A stretch of 64,000 nt of DNA from Terriglobia bacterium (GCA_963695545.1 OY968796.1:928001-992000), one strand, 5' to 3'; shown: positions 10,364 to 22,290, counted from the first letter of the stretch. The notes: generated by a model not told the origin, from the sequence alone. Numbers and translations are program-made.

Positions 10364-10945
10364 ATGACCGAAAATAAAAAAACGGCGGTATTCGGAATCT
10401 ATTCCACGCTCGCAGACGTAGACAACGCCACCTACTCTCTGTTGGATGCCGGCTTTTTCGCCCCGAGCATTTCGGTGCTTCTTCCGGAAAATATCGGCCC
10501 TCATCAGATTGGCACGGAAAAGGCCACAAAGGCGCTGGAAGGGGCCACCACGGGAGCAGGTTCGGGCGCTATCGTTGGGGGTGCGTTGGGTCTCTTGGCT
10601 GGGATCGGCGCGCTCGCGATTCCGGGTCTTGGTCCGCTGATCGCAGCGGGGCCTATCGTGGCGACGCTGGCAGGAATGGGCGCGGGCGGCGCGGTTGGCG
10701 GACTTACCGGAGCCCTGATCGGCTTGGGCATTCCAGAATATGAGGCCAAGCGCTATGAGGGGCATCTGCAAAAAGGGGCGATTCTGCTCTCGGTTCATTG
10801 CGACACGTCCGACGAAATCAAGCGAGCTAAAGACGTAATAAAGACGGCGGGCGCCCGAGACGTGTCATCGGCTGCTGAAGCGTCTGTCGACTCCGCACGA
10901 TCGGATCAGTTGCTTCACGACACTGCGCGAGACCGCAAGCGATAG
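10364..10945 (+). CDS. Gly/Ala-rich general-stress-type membrane protein
   Basis: AVFGIY..., GALAIPGLGPLIAAGP, GALIGLGIPEYEAKRYE...G.ILLSVH; RBS AGGAG before ATG 10364. Confidence 0.75.
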   Translation: MTENKKTAVFGIYSTLADVDNATYSLLDAGFFAPSISVLLPENIGPHQIGTEKATKALEGATTGAGSGAIVGGALGLLAGIGALAIPGLGPLIAAGPIVATLAGMGAGGAVGGLTGALIGLGIPEYEAKRYEGHLQKGAILLSVHCDTSDEIKRAKDVIKTAGARDVSSAAEASVDSARSDQLLHDTARDRKR

Positions 10946-11052
10946 TTGTTCCAGGAGGAAGGAAGGCGGGAGGGGGTTCGTCCCGCGTTCTTTAGCCATG
11001 CTCGTGAGATTCAGGATTCGCCGTGAATTCGGCGTAGGAACAGAGAAAACCA

Positions 11053-11208
11053 ATGAGTAGACGAAATCGATGGCCAGAAACAATCTCACTCTTTGTGCTC
11101 GGCGTCGCTGTAGGTGCCGCTGTGGGAATACTCTTTGGACCCAAATCCGGCGACAAATTGCGCAAAGCTATCACGGACGGTGTGCAGGGACGCTTGGGGT
11201 GGATTTAG
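11053..11208 (+). CDS. Short YtxH-like protein (51 aa), possibly truncated
   Basis: Below ORF-track cutoff; hand translation MSRRNRWPETISLFVLGVAVGAAVGILFGPKSGDKLRKAITDGVQGRLGWI matches the YtxH N-terminal motif G...GA..G.L.APKSG..LR. Confidence 0.6.
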   Translation: MSRRNRWPETISLFVLGVAVGAAVGILFGPKSGDKLRKAITDGVQGRLGWI

Positions 11209-11236
11209 TTATTGTGAAATCACGTGGAGATAGGCC

Positions 11237-11626
11237 ATGGAACTTCGCATATTGGTTGTGGAAGATTCAGCCATAACTCGGCAGATGATCAGATCGATCG
11301 CGCAGCAGCGCGATTGGACGATCTGTGGCGAAGCGGAAGACGGTTGGGCAGGAATCGTTAAATTTAAGGCACTCAGGCCGGACGTTGTGGTTCTCGATTT
11401 TACAATGCCGGGCATCAACGGAATCGAAACAGCAAGGCGCATGTCAATGCTTGATCCTGATGTTCCGCTGATTCTTTTCACCATTCTTGACGAGGATGAA
11501 CTAAATAAAGCCGCACGCGCGGCTGGAATATACGCTACCGTCTCGAAGATGCGGACGCCGGATTTGGTCGAGGCCATCAAATCCGCAGCGTCGCAGGGCG
11601 GCAAGCCCAATCAAGCCGTAGGATAG
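11237..11626 (+). CDS. Single-domain response regulator
   Basis: RILVVEDS, CGEAEDG, VVVLDFTMPGING; RBS GGAGA. Confidence 0.85.
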   Translation: MELRILVVEDSAITRQMIRSIAQQRDWTICGEAEDGWAGIVKFKALRPDVVVLDFTMPGINGIETARRMSMLDPDVPLILFTILDEDELNKAARAAGIYATVSKMRTPDLVEAIKSAASQGGKPNQAVG

Positions 11627-12130
11627 AGTGGCGTAGCAGCAACTCCCTTCGACGTTCTGCGCGTATCACCGGGATCAAGCTGCGCCGGCGGCAAAGGGCA
11701 GGTTCCAAGTCAATCAATCTGCTAAGGCTCGCTCGGGCCACCGTCTGCAGTCACTCCCTCGTGGACATCGCCGCCAGCCTGCGCCTGAGGACGCCAGCTC
11801 GCGCATTGCGTCCAAGCATCTAGTCTAGTTTCGTGATAACAGCGGGCGCCAGGATACGTGTGGGCGGCGCGCGCGGACAGTGCCGCAAATTCTTTACAAG
11901 TACCGGGGAACATCGTGCATTCACTCGCAGGCTCAAGCCGAAATCGACCTTCAAATCAATTCGCCTTGTATTCGCCATTTATATACAGCGATTGTGGTAG
12001 ATGGTTGAGAACAGCTTTGTGGTATGAGATTCCCCTACTGGGAAATTCCGGCATCGTGCTGCTCAGCAAAAGCTCTGCCAGGTCGACAGATGTATGTGCG
12101 ACGCGAACTTGTGTGATTGGGAGATAAGGC

Positions 12131-15100
12131 ATGAAAAGACCTGATCAAACTGTTACCACTGCGAGCGCGACGATCGACTCCCCGCCAATTGCGAAGACCA
12201 ATGGAAAGCGAGACGTGCCCTCCGACGTCTCGTTCGGCGATTTGGGCGTGATTCTTTCGAGCCTCCAAACTATGCGCGATGGGGATTTTTCTGTGCGCCT
12301 TCCCGGCAACTGGACCGGCTTGCAGGGAAAAATCGCAGACACATTCAACGAGATCGTCACGGCCAACCAACAAATGGCCAAAGAGCTGAAGCGTGTTGGA
12401 CAGGTCGTCGGTAAGGAAGGAAGAACCCGCGAGCGAATGAGATTCGATCTTCCGAAAGCCGCCTGGGGAGAGATGGAGGTATCGGTTAACACACTCGTAG
12501 ATGACCTGCTCCGCCCCACCACTGAGGTCACGCGCGCAATTGCCGCCGTTGCGAAGGGCAATCTGACGCAGACCGTGCAGCTCGATGTTGACGGGCGCCC
12601 ACTCGAGGGCGAATTCCTTCGCTCGGCGACGATTGTAAACACCATGATTCAGCAGCTCGGCGTATTTACGTCGGAGGTTACGCGCGTCGCGCGCGAAGTC
12701 GGTACCGACGGAAAGCTGGGCGGCCAGGCGCAGGTGCCCGGCGTGGCCGGCACATGGAAAGACCTCACGGACTCCGTGAACTCCATGGCCAGCAACTTGA
12801 CGGGACAGGTCCGCAACATCGCTGAAGTGGCAACCGCCGTGGCGAGCGGCGACCTGTCACGCAAGATCACGGTCGACGTCAGAGGCGAAATTTTGCAGCT
12901 CAAAGAAGCCATCAACACGATGGTGGATCAGTTGCGATCGTTCGCGTCGGAAGTCACGCGCGTGGCGCGCGAAGTCGGTACGGACGGCAAGCTCGGCGGA
13001 CAAGCAGTTGTGCCCGGCGTGGCCGGAACCTGGAAGGATCTTACGGACTCTGTGAATGCCATGGCCGGAAACCTCACGGCGCAAGTGCGCAACATCGCGG
13101 AGGTCACCACGGCCGTGGCTCGCGGAGATCTATCGCGCAAGATCACCGTCGACGTGAAGGGCGAAATCCTCGAACTAAAAGACACCATCAACACCATGGT
13201 TGACCAGCTCAACGCGTTCGCAGGCGAAGTTACGCGCGTGGCGCGCGAAGTCGGCACAGAAGGCAAGTTGGGCGGTCAAGCGCAGGTCCCCGGCGTGGGC
13301 GGCACGTGGAAGGACCTCACGGACAACGTGAATTTCATGGCCAGCAACCTGACGGGCCAGGTTCGCAACATCGCCGAGGTCGCAACCGCGATCGCCAGAG
13401 GAGATCTCTCGCGGAAAATTACCGTCGACGTCCGCGGAGAAATTCTCGAGCTCAAAGAGACGTTGAATACCATGGTGGACCAGCTCAATCGATTCGCCGG
13501 CGAGGTGACGCGTGTGGCGCGCGAAGTCGGCAGTGAAGGGCGGCTCGGCGGCCAAGCCAACGTGCCCGGTGTCGCGGGAACGTGGAAGGATTTGACCGAC
13601 TCGGTCAACTCAATGGCCAGAAACTTGACTGCGCAAGTGCGCAACATCGCCGAGGTTACGACGGCGGTGGCGCTCGGAGACTTGTCGCGCAAAATCACGG
13701 TCGACGTTAAAGGCGAGATCCTCGAACTGAAAAACACCATCAACACAATGGTTGACCAACTCAACGCGTTCGCCGGAGAAGTCACCCGCGTGGCTCGCGA
13801 GGTCGGCACCGAAGGCAAGCTGGGCGGCCAGGCACAAGTCCCCGGCGCCGGTACCTGGAAGGACTTGACCGACAACGTGAACTTCATGGCCAGTAACTTG
13901 ACCGGCCAAGTCCGCAACATCGCCGAAGTCGCCACCGCCGTGGCACGCGGCGATTTGTCCCGCAAAATCACGGTCGACGTTAAGGGCGAAATCCTCGAAC
14001 TCAAGGACACGCTGAACACCATGGTTGATCAGCTGCGCGCGTTCGCATCTGAAGTCACGCGCGTGGCGCGCGAAGTCGGTACCGACGGAAAGCTAGGTGG
14101 TCAGGCGCAGGTTCCAGGAGTGGCCGGAACCTGGAAGGATCTCACCGATTCTGTGAACTCGATGGCCAGCAACTTGACGGGCCAGGTCCGCAATATCGCT
14201 GAAGTCGCGACCGCCATCGCGAGCGGCGACCTCTCGAAGAAAATTACCGTGAACGTGAGCGGCGAGATTTTGCTTCTCAAAGAAACCATCAACACGATGG
14301 TGGACCAACTCAACGCGTTCGCCGGAGAAGTCACGCGCGTCGCGCGCGAGGTCGGCAGCGAAGGCCGCCTTGGTGGTCAAGCCAACGTGCCCGGCGTGGC
14401 CGGAACCTGGAAGGATCTCACGGACTCTGTCAACTCGATGGCCGGCAACTTGACGGGCCAGGTTCGTAACATCGCGGAGGTCACCACGGCCGTCGCGCGC
14501 GGCGACCTGTCGCGCAAAATCACGGTCGACGTGAAGGGCGAAATCCTTGAATTGAAGAACACGATTAACACCATGGTTGACCAGCTCAACGCCTTCGCCG
14601 GAGAAGTCACGCGCGTGGCTCGCGAAGTCGGCACCGAGGGGAAATTGGGTGGCCAGGCCGAAGTGCCCGGTGTCGGCGGAACGTGGAAAGACCTCACCGA
14701 CAACGTAAATTTCATGGCCAGCAACTTGACCGGCCAGGTCCGCAACATCGCCGAAGTGGCGACGGCCATTGCCAGTGGCGACCTCTCGCGCAAAATCACG
14801 GTCGACGTTCGCGGAGAAATTCTCCAACTCAAAGAAACGCTCAACACGATGGTCGAACAGCTGCGTTCGTTCGCTGCTGAAGTCACGCGCGTTGCGCGCG
14901 AAGTCGGAAGCGAAGGGCGCCTCGGCGGTCAAGCCAACGTCACGGGCGTGGCCGGCACCTGGAAGGACCTGACCGATTCGGTCAACGCGATGGCTGGTAA
15001 CCTGACCGGTCAGGTGCGCAACATCGCCGAAGTCACCACAGCCGTGGCTCGCGGCGACTTGTCCCGCAAAATCACGGTCGACGTGAAAGGCGAAATTCTC

Positions 15101-18100
15101 GAGCTCAAGAACACCATCAACACGATGGTCGACCAGCTCAACGCGTTCGCCGCCGAAGTCACGCGCGTGGCTCGCGAGGTCGGCACTGACGGTAAGTTGG
15201 GCGGTCAGGCGCAAGTTCCTGGCGTCGCCGGCACTTGGAAAGACCTCACCGACAACGTAAACGTGATGGCCGCAAACCTTACGGAACAGGTCCGGGGCAT
15301 TGTGAAGGTCGTGACCGCCGTGGCAAACGGCGAGCTAACAAAAAAGCTCACGGTTCAGGCGAAGGGCGAAGTGGCCGCGCTCGCCGATACCATCAACAAC
15401 ATGACCGACACCCTGGCAACCTTCGCCGATCAGGTAACTACTGTGGCTCGTGAAGTCGGCGTGGAAGGTCGGCTCGGTGGCCAAGCGAACGTACCCGGCG
15501 CGGCCGGCACATGGAAGGATCTCACAGGCAACGTGAACCTCCTCGCCGACAACCTCACCAACCAGGTCCGCGCCATCGCGGAAGTCACCACCGCCGTGAC
15601 CAAGGGCGACTTGACTCGTTCGATTCAAGTCGAGGCCAGCGGCGAAGTGGCGGAGCTGAAAGATTACATCAACACCATGATCGACAATCTCCGCCTCACG
15701 ACCGACCGCAATAACGAACAGGACTGGTTGAAAACGAACCTCGCGCGGTTCACCGGAATGCTGCAGGGGCAACGAGATCTAGCAACCGTCGGCCGAATGC
15801 TTCTGTCCGAGCTCGCGCCGCTCGTCAGCGCTCAGCAAGGTGTGATCTATCAGATGGAGGACGAGGAAACCGGCAACATGGCCTTGCTCTCGGCCTTTGC
15901 CGATCGCGTGGAAGAAGGGCATCCCGATCAGTTGCGATCCGGCAGCGGCCTTGTCGGACAGTGCGCGGCCGAAAAGAGACGCATGCTCATTACCGATGTG
16001 CCGGCGCATGCGATCCCGATCCGCTCCGGATTGTTTGAAGCTGTCCCGCGGAACATCATTGTGCTCCCGGTTCTTTTTGAGGACAGGGTCAAGGCCGTCA
16101 TCGAATTGGCATCGCTGAGCGTCTTCACCCCCTCCCATCTAGCGTTCCTCGAGCAGCTCACTTCCAGCATCGGTATCGTGCTAAACAGCATTGAAGCCAC
16201 AATGCAGACGGAAGGCTTGCTGAAGCAGTCTCAACAGCTTGCCGCCGAGCTTCAAACCCAGCAAACCGAATTGCAGCAAACCAACGAGCAGCTTGCGCAA
16301 AAAGCCCAGCAGCTTGCCGAGCAGAACGTCGAAGTCGAGCGCAAGAACCAGGAAATTGAACAGGCCCGCAGAGCCGTCGAAGAAAAAGCCAAAGAATTGG
16401 CACTCACGTCCAAATACAAATCGGAGTTCCTGGCCAACATGTCACACGAGCTGCGCACACCGCTCAACAGCATTCTCGTGCTGGGCCAGCAACTCACCGA
16501 CAATCCGGACGGCAATTTGACGCTCAAGCAAGTGGAGTTCGCTCGCACGATTCATGGCGCGGGAACCGATCTCTTGAATTTGATCACGGATATTCTGGAT
16601 CTCTCGAAGATCGAATCCGGAACCGTCTCGGTCCAGGCGGAAGAAGTATTCTTCGCGAGCCTGCTTGATATGATCGCTCGCCCATTCCGTCACGAAGCTG
16701 AGGGTCGTCATCTCGATTTTGAAATTCAAACCGACCCGAGGCTCACCCGTAGTCTAGTCACCGACTCAAAGCGGTTGCAGCAAGTTCTCAAGAATCTGCT
16801 TTCCAACGCGCTCAAATTCACGGAACACGGAAGCGTTCGCTTGAGCGTGTACCCTGCCGAAAACGGCTGGAGCGAGAACCATCCGGTGCTCGGAAAGTTG
16901 GCCTCCGTGGTGGCCTTCGAGGTGTCGGACACCGGGATCGGAATACCGGTCGAAAAGCAGCGGCTTATCTTTGAGGCCTTCCAGCAAGCCGACGCGGGCA
17001 CTAGCCGTAAGTACGGCGGCACGGGTCTCGGACTTGCGATCAGCCGCGAACTCGCCGGTTTGCTCGGAGGTGAAATTCAACTACGCAGCGCTCCAGGCAA
17101 GGGCAGCACCTTCACGCTCTACTTACCGCAAACTTACGTTGGACCGTCATCCGGAATTGCGACGGCCGACGCCAAGGCTACCTTTGTGTCCCCCGCGCTT
17201 CGACCCTCGAGCGTTACAGTATCGGAGCGTCCCAACGAACAGATTCCCGACGACCGCGAAACTCTAACGCAAGACGACGCTATCCTCCTGATTGTAGAGG
17301 ACGATCCGCACTACGCGCGACTCCTCCGCGACCTGTCTCGCGACAAAGGCTTCAAGGTTCTCATCGCCACCCGAGGGACGGAAGCCTTGGAGCTGGCTCG
17401 CGAATTCCATCCCACCGCCATCTCGCTCGACGTGTTCTTGCCCGACATGTTGGGCTGGACCGTTCTGAATCATTTCAAGCAAGATCCCACGATGCGCCAC
17501 ATTCCGATTCAGATGTTGACTCTGGACGAAGACCGTCAGCATGGCTTGGCGAGCGGCGCATTCGCGTACGTGAACAAACCGACCTCGCCCGACGAACTGA
17601 ACGCTGCGTTCGCACGCATCAAGGAATACACAGCGCCGCGCCGCAAACGTCTGCTCGTGGTCGAAGACGATCCGAGCGAGCAGCTCAGCATTACCGAACT
17701 TCTCGGATATAACGATATCGACGTTCAGGTCGCTGCAACTGGCGCCGAGGCGCTCGACTCCGTCACCAACGAGTCGTTCGATTGCGTAGTCCTCGATCTG
17801 CGCCTTCCCGACATGTCCGGCTTCGACGTGCTCGAGCGTTTCCGCGAAAACCCATCGCTGAGCAATTTGCCCGTTGTGGTGTTCACCGGGAAAGATTTGT
17901 CGCCCGAGGAAGACGCGCGTCTGCACATGCTCGCGCGCAGCGTCGTCGTCAAAGGTGTGGAATCGCCGGAAAGATTGCTCGATGAAACGGCGTTGTTCCT
18001 GCATCGCGTGGTCACCGACCTTCCGCCCGAAAAGCAAAAAATGCTTGAGCGCTTGCACAATTCCGATGAAGCGCTCGTCGGAAAGAAGGTACTGGTCGTC

Positions 18101-18448
18101 GACGACGACGTCCGGAACATTTTCGCGCTTAGCAGCGTCCTCGAGCGCCGTGGCATGACCGTACTCACCGCCGGCACGGGCCGCGAGGCTATCGCCACGC
18201 TCGAGTCGACTCCGGACGTGGCTATCGTGTTGATGGATATCATGATGCCAGAGATGGACGGATATGAAACGATGCAGGTGATTCGCCAGAATACGTCATT
18301 TCGGCGATTGCCCATCGTCGCCTTGACCGCCAAAGCCATGAAAGGCGATCGCGAAAAGTGCCTCGAAGCCGGCGCATCCGAATATCTGGCAAAGCCGGTC
18401 AATACCGAGCAACTGCTCTCGGCCCTTAGAATGTGGTTCCATCGGTAG
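12131..18448 (+). CDS. Soluble poly-HAMP hybrid histidine kinase (HAMP repeats-GAF-HisKA-HATPase-3xREC), resembling fungal Nik1/Os-1 group III
   Basis: 11 ~92-aa repeats, GAF region, H-box [15 protein letters not shown]-box [22 protein letters not shown], three REC domains with Asp (SLDVFLP, VLDLRLP, LMDIMMP); no TM helix seen. Confidence 0.95.
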   Translation: MKRPDQTVTTASATIDSPPIAKTNGKRDVPSDVSFGDLGVILSSLQTMRDGDFSVRLPGNWTGLQGKIADTFNEIVTANQQMAKELKRVGQVVGKEGRTRERMRFDLPKAAWGEMEVSVNTLVDDLLRPTTEVTRAIAAVAKGNLTQTVQLDVDGRPLEGEFLRSATIVNTMIQQLGVFTSEVTRVAREVGTDGKLGGQAQVPGVAGTWKDLTDSVNSMASNLTGQVRNIAEVATAVASGDLSRKITVDVRGEILQLKEAINTMVDQLRSFASEVTRVAREVGTDGKLGGQAVVPGVAGTWKDLTDSVNAMAGNLTAQVRNIAEVTTAVARGDLSRKITVDVKGEILELKDTINTMVDQLNAFAGEVTRVAREVGTEGKLGGQAQVPGVGGTWKDLTDNVNFMASNLTGQVRNIAEVATAIARGDLSRKITVDVRGEILELKETLNTMVDQLNRFAGEVTRVAREVGSEGRLGGQANVPGVAGTWKDLTDSVNSMARNLTAQVRNIAEVTTAVALGDLSRKITVDVKGEILELKNTINTMVDQLNAFAGEVTRVAREVGTEGKLGGQAQVPGAGTWKDLTDNVNFMASNLTGQVRNIAEVATAVARGDLSRKITVDVKGEILELKDTLNTMVDQLRAFASEVTRVAREVGTDGKLGGQAQVPGVAGTWKDLTDSVNSMASNLTGQVRNIAEVATAIASGDLSKKITVNVSGEILLLKETINTMVDQLNAFAGEVTRVAREVGSEGRLGGQANVPGVAGTWKDLTDSVNSMAGNLTGQVRNIAEVTTAVARGDLSRKITVDVKGEILELKNTINTMVDQLNAFAGEVTRVAREVGTEGKLGGQAEVPGVGGTWKDLTDNVNFMASNLTGQVRNIAEVATAIASGDLSRKITVDVRGEILQLKETLNTMVEQLRSFAAEVTRVAREVGSEGRLGGQANVTGVAGTWKDLTDSVNAMAGNLTGQVRNIAEVTTAVARGDLSRKITVDVKGEILELKNTINTMVDQLNAFAAEVTRVAREVGTDGKLGGQAQVPGVAGTWKDLTDNVNVMAANLTEQVRGIVKVVTAVANGELTKKLTVQAKGEVAALADTINNMTDTLATFADQVTTVAREVGVEGRLGGQANVPGAAGTWKDLTGNVNLLADNLTNQVRAIAEVTTAVTKGDLTRSIQVEASGEVAELKDYINTMIDNLRLTTDRNNEQDWLKTNLARFTGMLQGQRDLATVGRMLLSELAPLVSAQQGVIYQMEDEETGNMALLSAFADRVEEGHPDQLRSGSGLVGQCAAEKRRMLITDVPAHAIPIRSGLFEAVPRNIIVLPVLFEDRVKAVIELASLSVFTPSHLAFLEQLTSSIGIVLNSIEATMQTEGLLKQSQQLAAELQTQQTELQQTNEQLAQKAQQLAEQNVEVERKNQEIEQARRAVEEKAKELALTSKYKSEFLANMSHELRTPLNSILVLGQQLTDNPDGNLTLKQVEFARTIHGAGTDLLNLITDILDLSKIESGTVSVQAEEVFFASLLDMIARPFRHEAEGRHLDFEIQTDPRLTRSLVTDSKRLQQVLKNLLSNALKFTEHGSVRLSVYPAENGWSENHPVLGKLASVVAFEVSDTGIGIPVEKQRLIFEAFQQADAGTSRKYGGTGLGLAISRELAGLLGGEIQLRSAPGKGSTFTLYLPQTYVGPSSGIATADAKATFVSPALRPSSVTVSERPNEQIPDDRETLTQDDAILLIVEDDPHYARLLRDLSRDKGFKVLIATRGTEALELAREFHPTAISLDVFLPDMLGWTVLNHFKQDPTMRHIPIQMLTLDEDRQHGLASGAFAYVNKPTSPDELNAAFARIKEYTAPRRKRLLVVEDDPSEQLSITELLGYNDIDVQVAATGAEALDSVTNESFDCVVLDLRLPDMSGFDVLERFRENPSLSNLPVVVFTGKDLSPEEDARLHMLARSVVVKGVESPERLLDETALFLHRVVTDLPPEKQKMLERLHNSDEALVGKKVLVVDDDVRNIFALSSVLERRGMTVLTAGTGREAIATLESTPDVAIVLMDIMMPEMDGYETMQVIRQNTSFRRLPIVALTAKAMKGDREKCLEAGASEYLAKPVNTEQLLSALRMWFHR
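12660..15700 (+). repeat. Coding tandem repeat, ~276-bp unit x11 (poly-HAMP); boundaries approximate
   Basis: [10 protein letters not shown] occurs 10 times plus one [10 protein letters not shown] at ~92-aa spacing; many synonymous differences between units. Confidence 0.9.
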
Positions 18449-18561
18449 AGGTCGCGGGCTCGATTTAGAGTTCGCCCCGAAAATGCTATCTTTGTTTGGT
18501 ATGGCCTGATTGATGTCGCTGCGTGTGAAACTTATCTTCTTTTGATTCGATGAGAGGACAG

Positions 18562-19659
18562 ATGAGCGACCACCAAAAGGTCAACATTCTCATGGTAGAC
18601 GATCAGCCTGCCAAGCTGCTCAGCTATGAAGTCATGCTCAAGGAGCTGGACGAGAGTCTCATTAAAGCCCATTCCGCCCGGGAAGCCCTCGATCAGCTGC
18701 TCAGGACCGATATTGCGGTCGTTCTGATGGACGTCAGCATGCCGGAACTCGACGGTTTCGAGCTGGCTGGCATGATCCGCGAGCATCCGCGATTTCAGAA
18801 GACCGCGATCATTTTCATCTCCGCCGTGTACCTAACCGATATGGACCGCCTTAAAGGTTATGAGCGCGGGGCGGTGGATTACATATCCGTTCCAGTTGTT
18901 CCGGAGCTCTTGCGAGCGAAAGTTAGCGTGTTCGCGGACTTGCATCGCAAAACCCGGCAGATGGAAAGCTTGAATCGCGAACTGCGAAGTCTTTCGGCGC
19001 GCCTGATCGCGACTCAGGATGAGGAACGCCGGCGAATCGCTCGCGATTTGCACGATAGCGTCGGCCAATTAGTCGCCTCGCTCTCGATGAATAACGGACT
19101 GGCTTTGATGCAAGCCGAGAATCTCAGCCCTTCCGCTGCCAACGCGTTGCGGCAAAATTCCGACCTGGTTCAACAACTTTCCAAAGAGGTCCGCACCATC
19201 TCCCATCTGCTTCATCCGCCTCTTCTCGATGAAATTGGCCTGTTGCCTGCCATAAAAATGTATGCGGACGGGTTCGCCGAACGCAGCAACCTGAAAGTCA
19301 CTGTGGAATTTTCGCCTGAGATCGGCCGCCTCGCTCCCAATGCGGAGATTTCGGTATTTCGGATCGTGCAAGAATGTTTGACCAACGTTTATCGCCACTC
19401 AGGAAGCGAAACGGCGCACATCAGAATTCATCCCGACGAGAAGAATGTGCTTACGATTCAGGTCATTGACCACGGCAAGGGAATGCCGAAGCGGCAGCTC
19501 ATCTCCATGTCTCTGGGAAGGAACGACGGCGTTGGCCTGAGCGGCATGCGGGAACGGGTAAGAGAGCTTGGGGGTGTGCTTGACATACAATCCGACGAAA
19601 ATGGCACTACGGTCACGGCTGCATTTCCGGTCACCTCAGAGGCGGCAGTTGGTGCGTGA
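18562..19659 (+). CDS. REC + NarX/UhpB-type (HisKA_3) histidine kinase
   Basis: NILMVDD...VLMDVSMP; EERRRIARDLHD; FRIVQECLTNVYRH; DHGKG; GVGLSGMRERV. Confidence 0.9.
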   Translation: MSDHQKVNILMVDDQPAKLLSYEVMLKELDESLIKAHSAREALDQLLRTDIAVVLMDVSMPELDGFELAGMIREHPRFQKTAIIFISAVYLTDMDRLKGYERGAVDYISVPVVPELLRAKVSVFADLHRKTRQMESLNRELRSLSARLIATQDEERRRIARDLHDSVGQLVASLSMNNGLALMQAENLSPSAANALRQNSDLVQQLSKEVRTISHLLHPPLLDEIGLLPAIKMYADGFAERSNLKVTVEFSPEIGRLAPNAEISVFRIVQECLTNVYRHSGSETAHIRIHPDEKNVLTIQVIDHGKGMPKRQLISMSLGRNDGVGLSGMRERVRELGGVLDIQSDENGTTVTAAFPVTSEAAVGA

Positions 19660-19751
19660 CGCCTGCGGTCGGTAAATACATCTCGTTCGACCCGCGCATC
19701 CAAGATCGGCGCTGGCTGAATTGTGGGCGAGTGACTGGGAGGATTTTTCGG

Positions 19752-20156
19752 GTGCGCACGCGGTTTCTACTTGTTGACGACAATCGTGTTGTACGGCAAG
19801 GTCTCCGCACTGTGCTCCAAGCGAATCCCGATTGGGAAATTTGCGGCGAGGCAAATACCGGTTTGGCCGCCGTGGACCTCTTCAAAGAATTGCATCCCAA
19901 CGTCGTGATCGTGGATTTCAAAATGCCGGGAATAAATGGCGTTGAGACTGCGCGCCGCATGTTGGAATTTGCTCCCGCCGTGCCGATTGCAATGTTTACC
20001 GAGCACGCGAGCCCCGAATTGGAGAAGCACGCGCTCGATGCCGGCATTCGGAAAGTTGTCTCGAAGATTGACGCGTTTCCGATGGTTGGCATTATCGAGG
20101 CGCTCCTTGGGTCGGACGGAACGGAGTCCAGCATCGAGGAACCGATTAAGAATTAA
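19752..20156 (+). CDS. Single-domain response regulator
   Basis: FLLVDDN, CGEANTG, VIVDFKMPGING; GTG at 19752 follows GGGAGGA. Confidence 0.8.
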   Translation: MRTRFLLVDDNRVVRQGLRTVLQANPDWEICGEANTGLAAVDLFKELHPNVVIVDFKMPGINGVETARRMLEFAPAVPIAMFTEHASPELEKHALDAGIRKVVSKIDAFPMVGIIEALLGSDGTESSIEEPIKN

Positions 20157-20815
20157 GCGCCGCTTGGTCCCGTGGAGCACTATTAAAACTAGGGATCATC
20201 ACGTCGCCGTAAATCGCGAAATAGAGAATTCGGATTCCCCGCTCGTTCGCTGTTCGGCCACTGTTCCATTTTGTCGCAAGTGCTCTTTGCCTGTTACGAC
20301 GGAACATAGAGGCGAGGCGCGACTTGAGCGATCCGTCTCCGAGCGCGTGCCCGATGGTGCAGTCCCGCCGGTCTCAGGAAACCGGGCCGGATTGATGGCT
20401 GTGCGCCGAGGGTCCGCATTTTGCTTCTCTCACATTGGCCGGCAGGTGAGGACGGCCTCGGGGTGACCGACGCAGCGGGATTTCGCCTCATTGCGTAACC
20501 CGTACCCGGTTCAGATGGACCGCTCCGGCCCGGTGTATGGCAAATCAGCTTTGCTCGGCATGACACCACTCGCGACGATTTGCCGCACGAAAAACATTGT
20601 CTCTCAACGATTGAGCGGGTGCTGTCCACGCTGACAAAGGAGGACATTTCCAGCAAGGTCCGGGCCGAACTTCTCGAACTTGCTCTCGACATATGGCCGC
20701 AGCCGTGGCAGGCTGCCGTTGTGCATGCTCTTCGGGCTGGCGATGAACGTGTGTTATCGGGCAACTATGCCCCTAAGATGACTTGAAGCCACATCAGCCA
20801 CCAAGGAGACTAACG

Positions 20816-21340
20816 ATGAGCATTATCGATAAGGCGCTAGAAGCAAACCGCAATTATGCAAAAAACTACAATCCACCGCCCGGGAACCGTCCGTTCCCCA
20901 AAATCGTAGACGTAACCTGCATGGATCCTCGCCTCTCAGACCTCCCTGGAATTCTGGGTTTGCCGCAAGCCGATATCGACGTTATCCGGACCGGCGGACC
21001 CGCGGTAACAGACGATGTTCTCGCAGAGCTTATTGTTTCCAACCGCGTACTTGGAACCACGGAGATACTGCTTCTCAACCACACCGGCTGTGGGTTTACC
21101 ACATTCACCGACGCCGGGCTGAACGCGAAGCTGAGCGCTTCTACCGGTGACGCGTCGCCCGCTCCCGTGCGTTTCTTCTCTTTCAGCGACCCCGACCAGA
21201 ACACGCGCGAACAGATCAAGAAGGTCAGATCGCATCCCTGGATCTCAAAAGATGTCCCCGTGCGAGGATTTATCTTCGACGTGCACACCGGTCTGCTTCG
21301 CGAAGTGCAGCCAATCGCGCAGCAGACTGCTTCTGCTTGA
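20816..21340 (+). CDS. Beta-class carbonic anhydrase (short, clade D-like)
   Basis: Zn motifs CMDPR and HTGCG; G.IFDVHTG.LREV; RBS AAGGAG. Confidence 0.9.
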   Translation: MSIIDKALEANRNYAKNYNPPPGNRPFPKIVDVTCMDPRLSDLPGILGLPQADIDVIRTGGPAVTDDVLAELIVSNRVLGTTEILLLNHTGCGFTTFTDAGLNAKLSASTGDASPAPVRFFSFSDPDQNTREQIKKVRSHPWISKDVPVRGFIFDVHTGLLREVQPIAQQTASA

Positions 21341-21352
21341 GAGAGTCCGGGC

Positions 21353-22063
21353 TTGCGAGTTAGCCGGCCGCGCAGACAGGATCAGGGCATTCCATCGCGA
21401 TCCGCGCTTCATCTCGCTCACGAAGTCCGGCGGCTATCGCGGGCCAACTTGCCGAGCGATGCGGCTGAACTGGCCAGATATCTCATCGGAAAAACCATTG
21501 TGCACAAGATCGGGCGAATCAGAATCAGCGGCCGTATTGTCGAGACAGAGGCTTACCCACCCGGCGATCGAAGTGGGCATGCCTATCATGGACGAACGGC
21601 CAGAAACCAATCCCTATTCCTGCACAGGGGATTTGCCTACGTGTACTTCATCTATGGGACGTCATACATGCTCAACGTGACGGCTGACGAGCCGGGGGTT
21701 GGTGCCGGAGTGCTGCTGCGCGCCGTCGAGCCTCTCGAAGGAATCAACCTGATGAAGCGGCTCCGAAAGACCGACAATCTCAGAGATTTGGCGAGAGGGC
21801 CAGGGCGCCTTGCGGCCGCATTTCAAATCGACCAGCGATTGGACGGAGTTGACCTGTGTGCAGACGGTCCGCTTTGGCTTGGGACTGCGGTTCGAGAGAC
21901 CTCGCGCATCAGCACAACTGTGCGCATCGGCATCACACGTGAAGTGCACCGGCCGCTGCGCTTTTTTGAGGCGGGCAGTCCGTTTGTTAGCGGCCCCTCA
22001 GCGCGAACGATGCGTCGTCGTCGCACTTTGCTTCAAGTTCGACCGCGACGTCCAAGTCATTGA
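21353..22063 (+). CDS. mpg: DNA-3-methyladenine glycosylase (MPG/AAG family); start uncertain
   Basis: GRIVETEAY, AYVYFIYG, GAGVLLRAVEP, LARGPGRL, RIGI. Confidence 0.9.
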   Translation: MRVSRPRRQDQGIPSRSALHLAHEVRRLSRANLPSDAAELARYLIGKTIVHKIGRIRISGRIVETEAYPPGDRSGHAYHGRTARNQSLFLHRGFAYVYFIYGTSYMLNVTADEPGVGAGVLLRAVEPLEGINLMKRLRKTDNLRDLARGPGRLAAAFQIDQRLDGVDLCADGPLWLGTAVRETSRISTTVRIGITREVHRPLRFFEAGSPFVSGPSARTMRRRRTLLQVRPRRPSH

Positions 22064-22134
22064 GCCGCTCCGCTTTGCACAGATAGCTGCCGAATCCGAC
22101 TGATGACGCTCCTCCAGACCCCGTCAGGCGGGGA

Positions 22135-22290
22135 CTACTTGGTATTCTCGAGGGTCGTTTTGACACTCGCGAGAGTATCTTGAAGATTCGTAACTGATCG
22201 GCCCACGGCGACCTTGCGAATCACGGATCCCTTGACGCCCGTCAGGCCCGCCTGCTCGGAACCCATGGCCATGATCAGGTAGAAGCCGGG
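22135..22290 (-). pseudogene. Orphan C-terminal fragment of an unidentified gene
   Basis: Open frame PGFYLIMAMGSEQAGLTGVKGSVIRKVAVGRSVTNLQDTLASVKTTLENTK* reads protein-like and abuts the sigma remnant out of frame. Confidence 0.4.

Noticed and set aside
12660..15700. Tandem repeats as a CRISPR array or mobile repeat
   Set aside because: In-frame ~276-bp coding units with synonymous variation, no unique spacers and no cas genes.
20412..20786. Possible pseudogene (VRILLLSHW...LIA*PVPG...LPHEKH...) with in-frame TAA at 20496
   Set aside because: Reads somewhat protein-like, but I recognise no family or start signal; needs a homology search.
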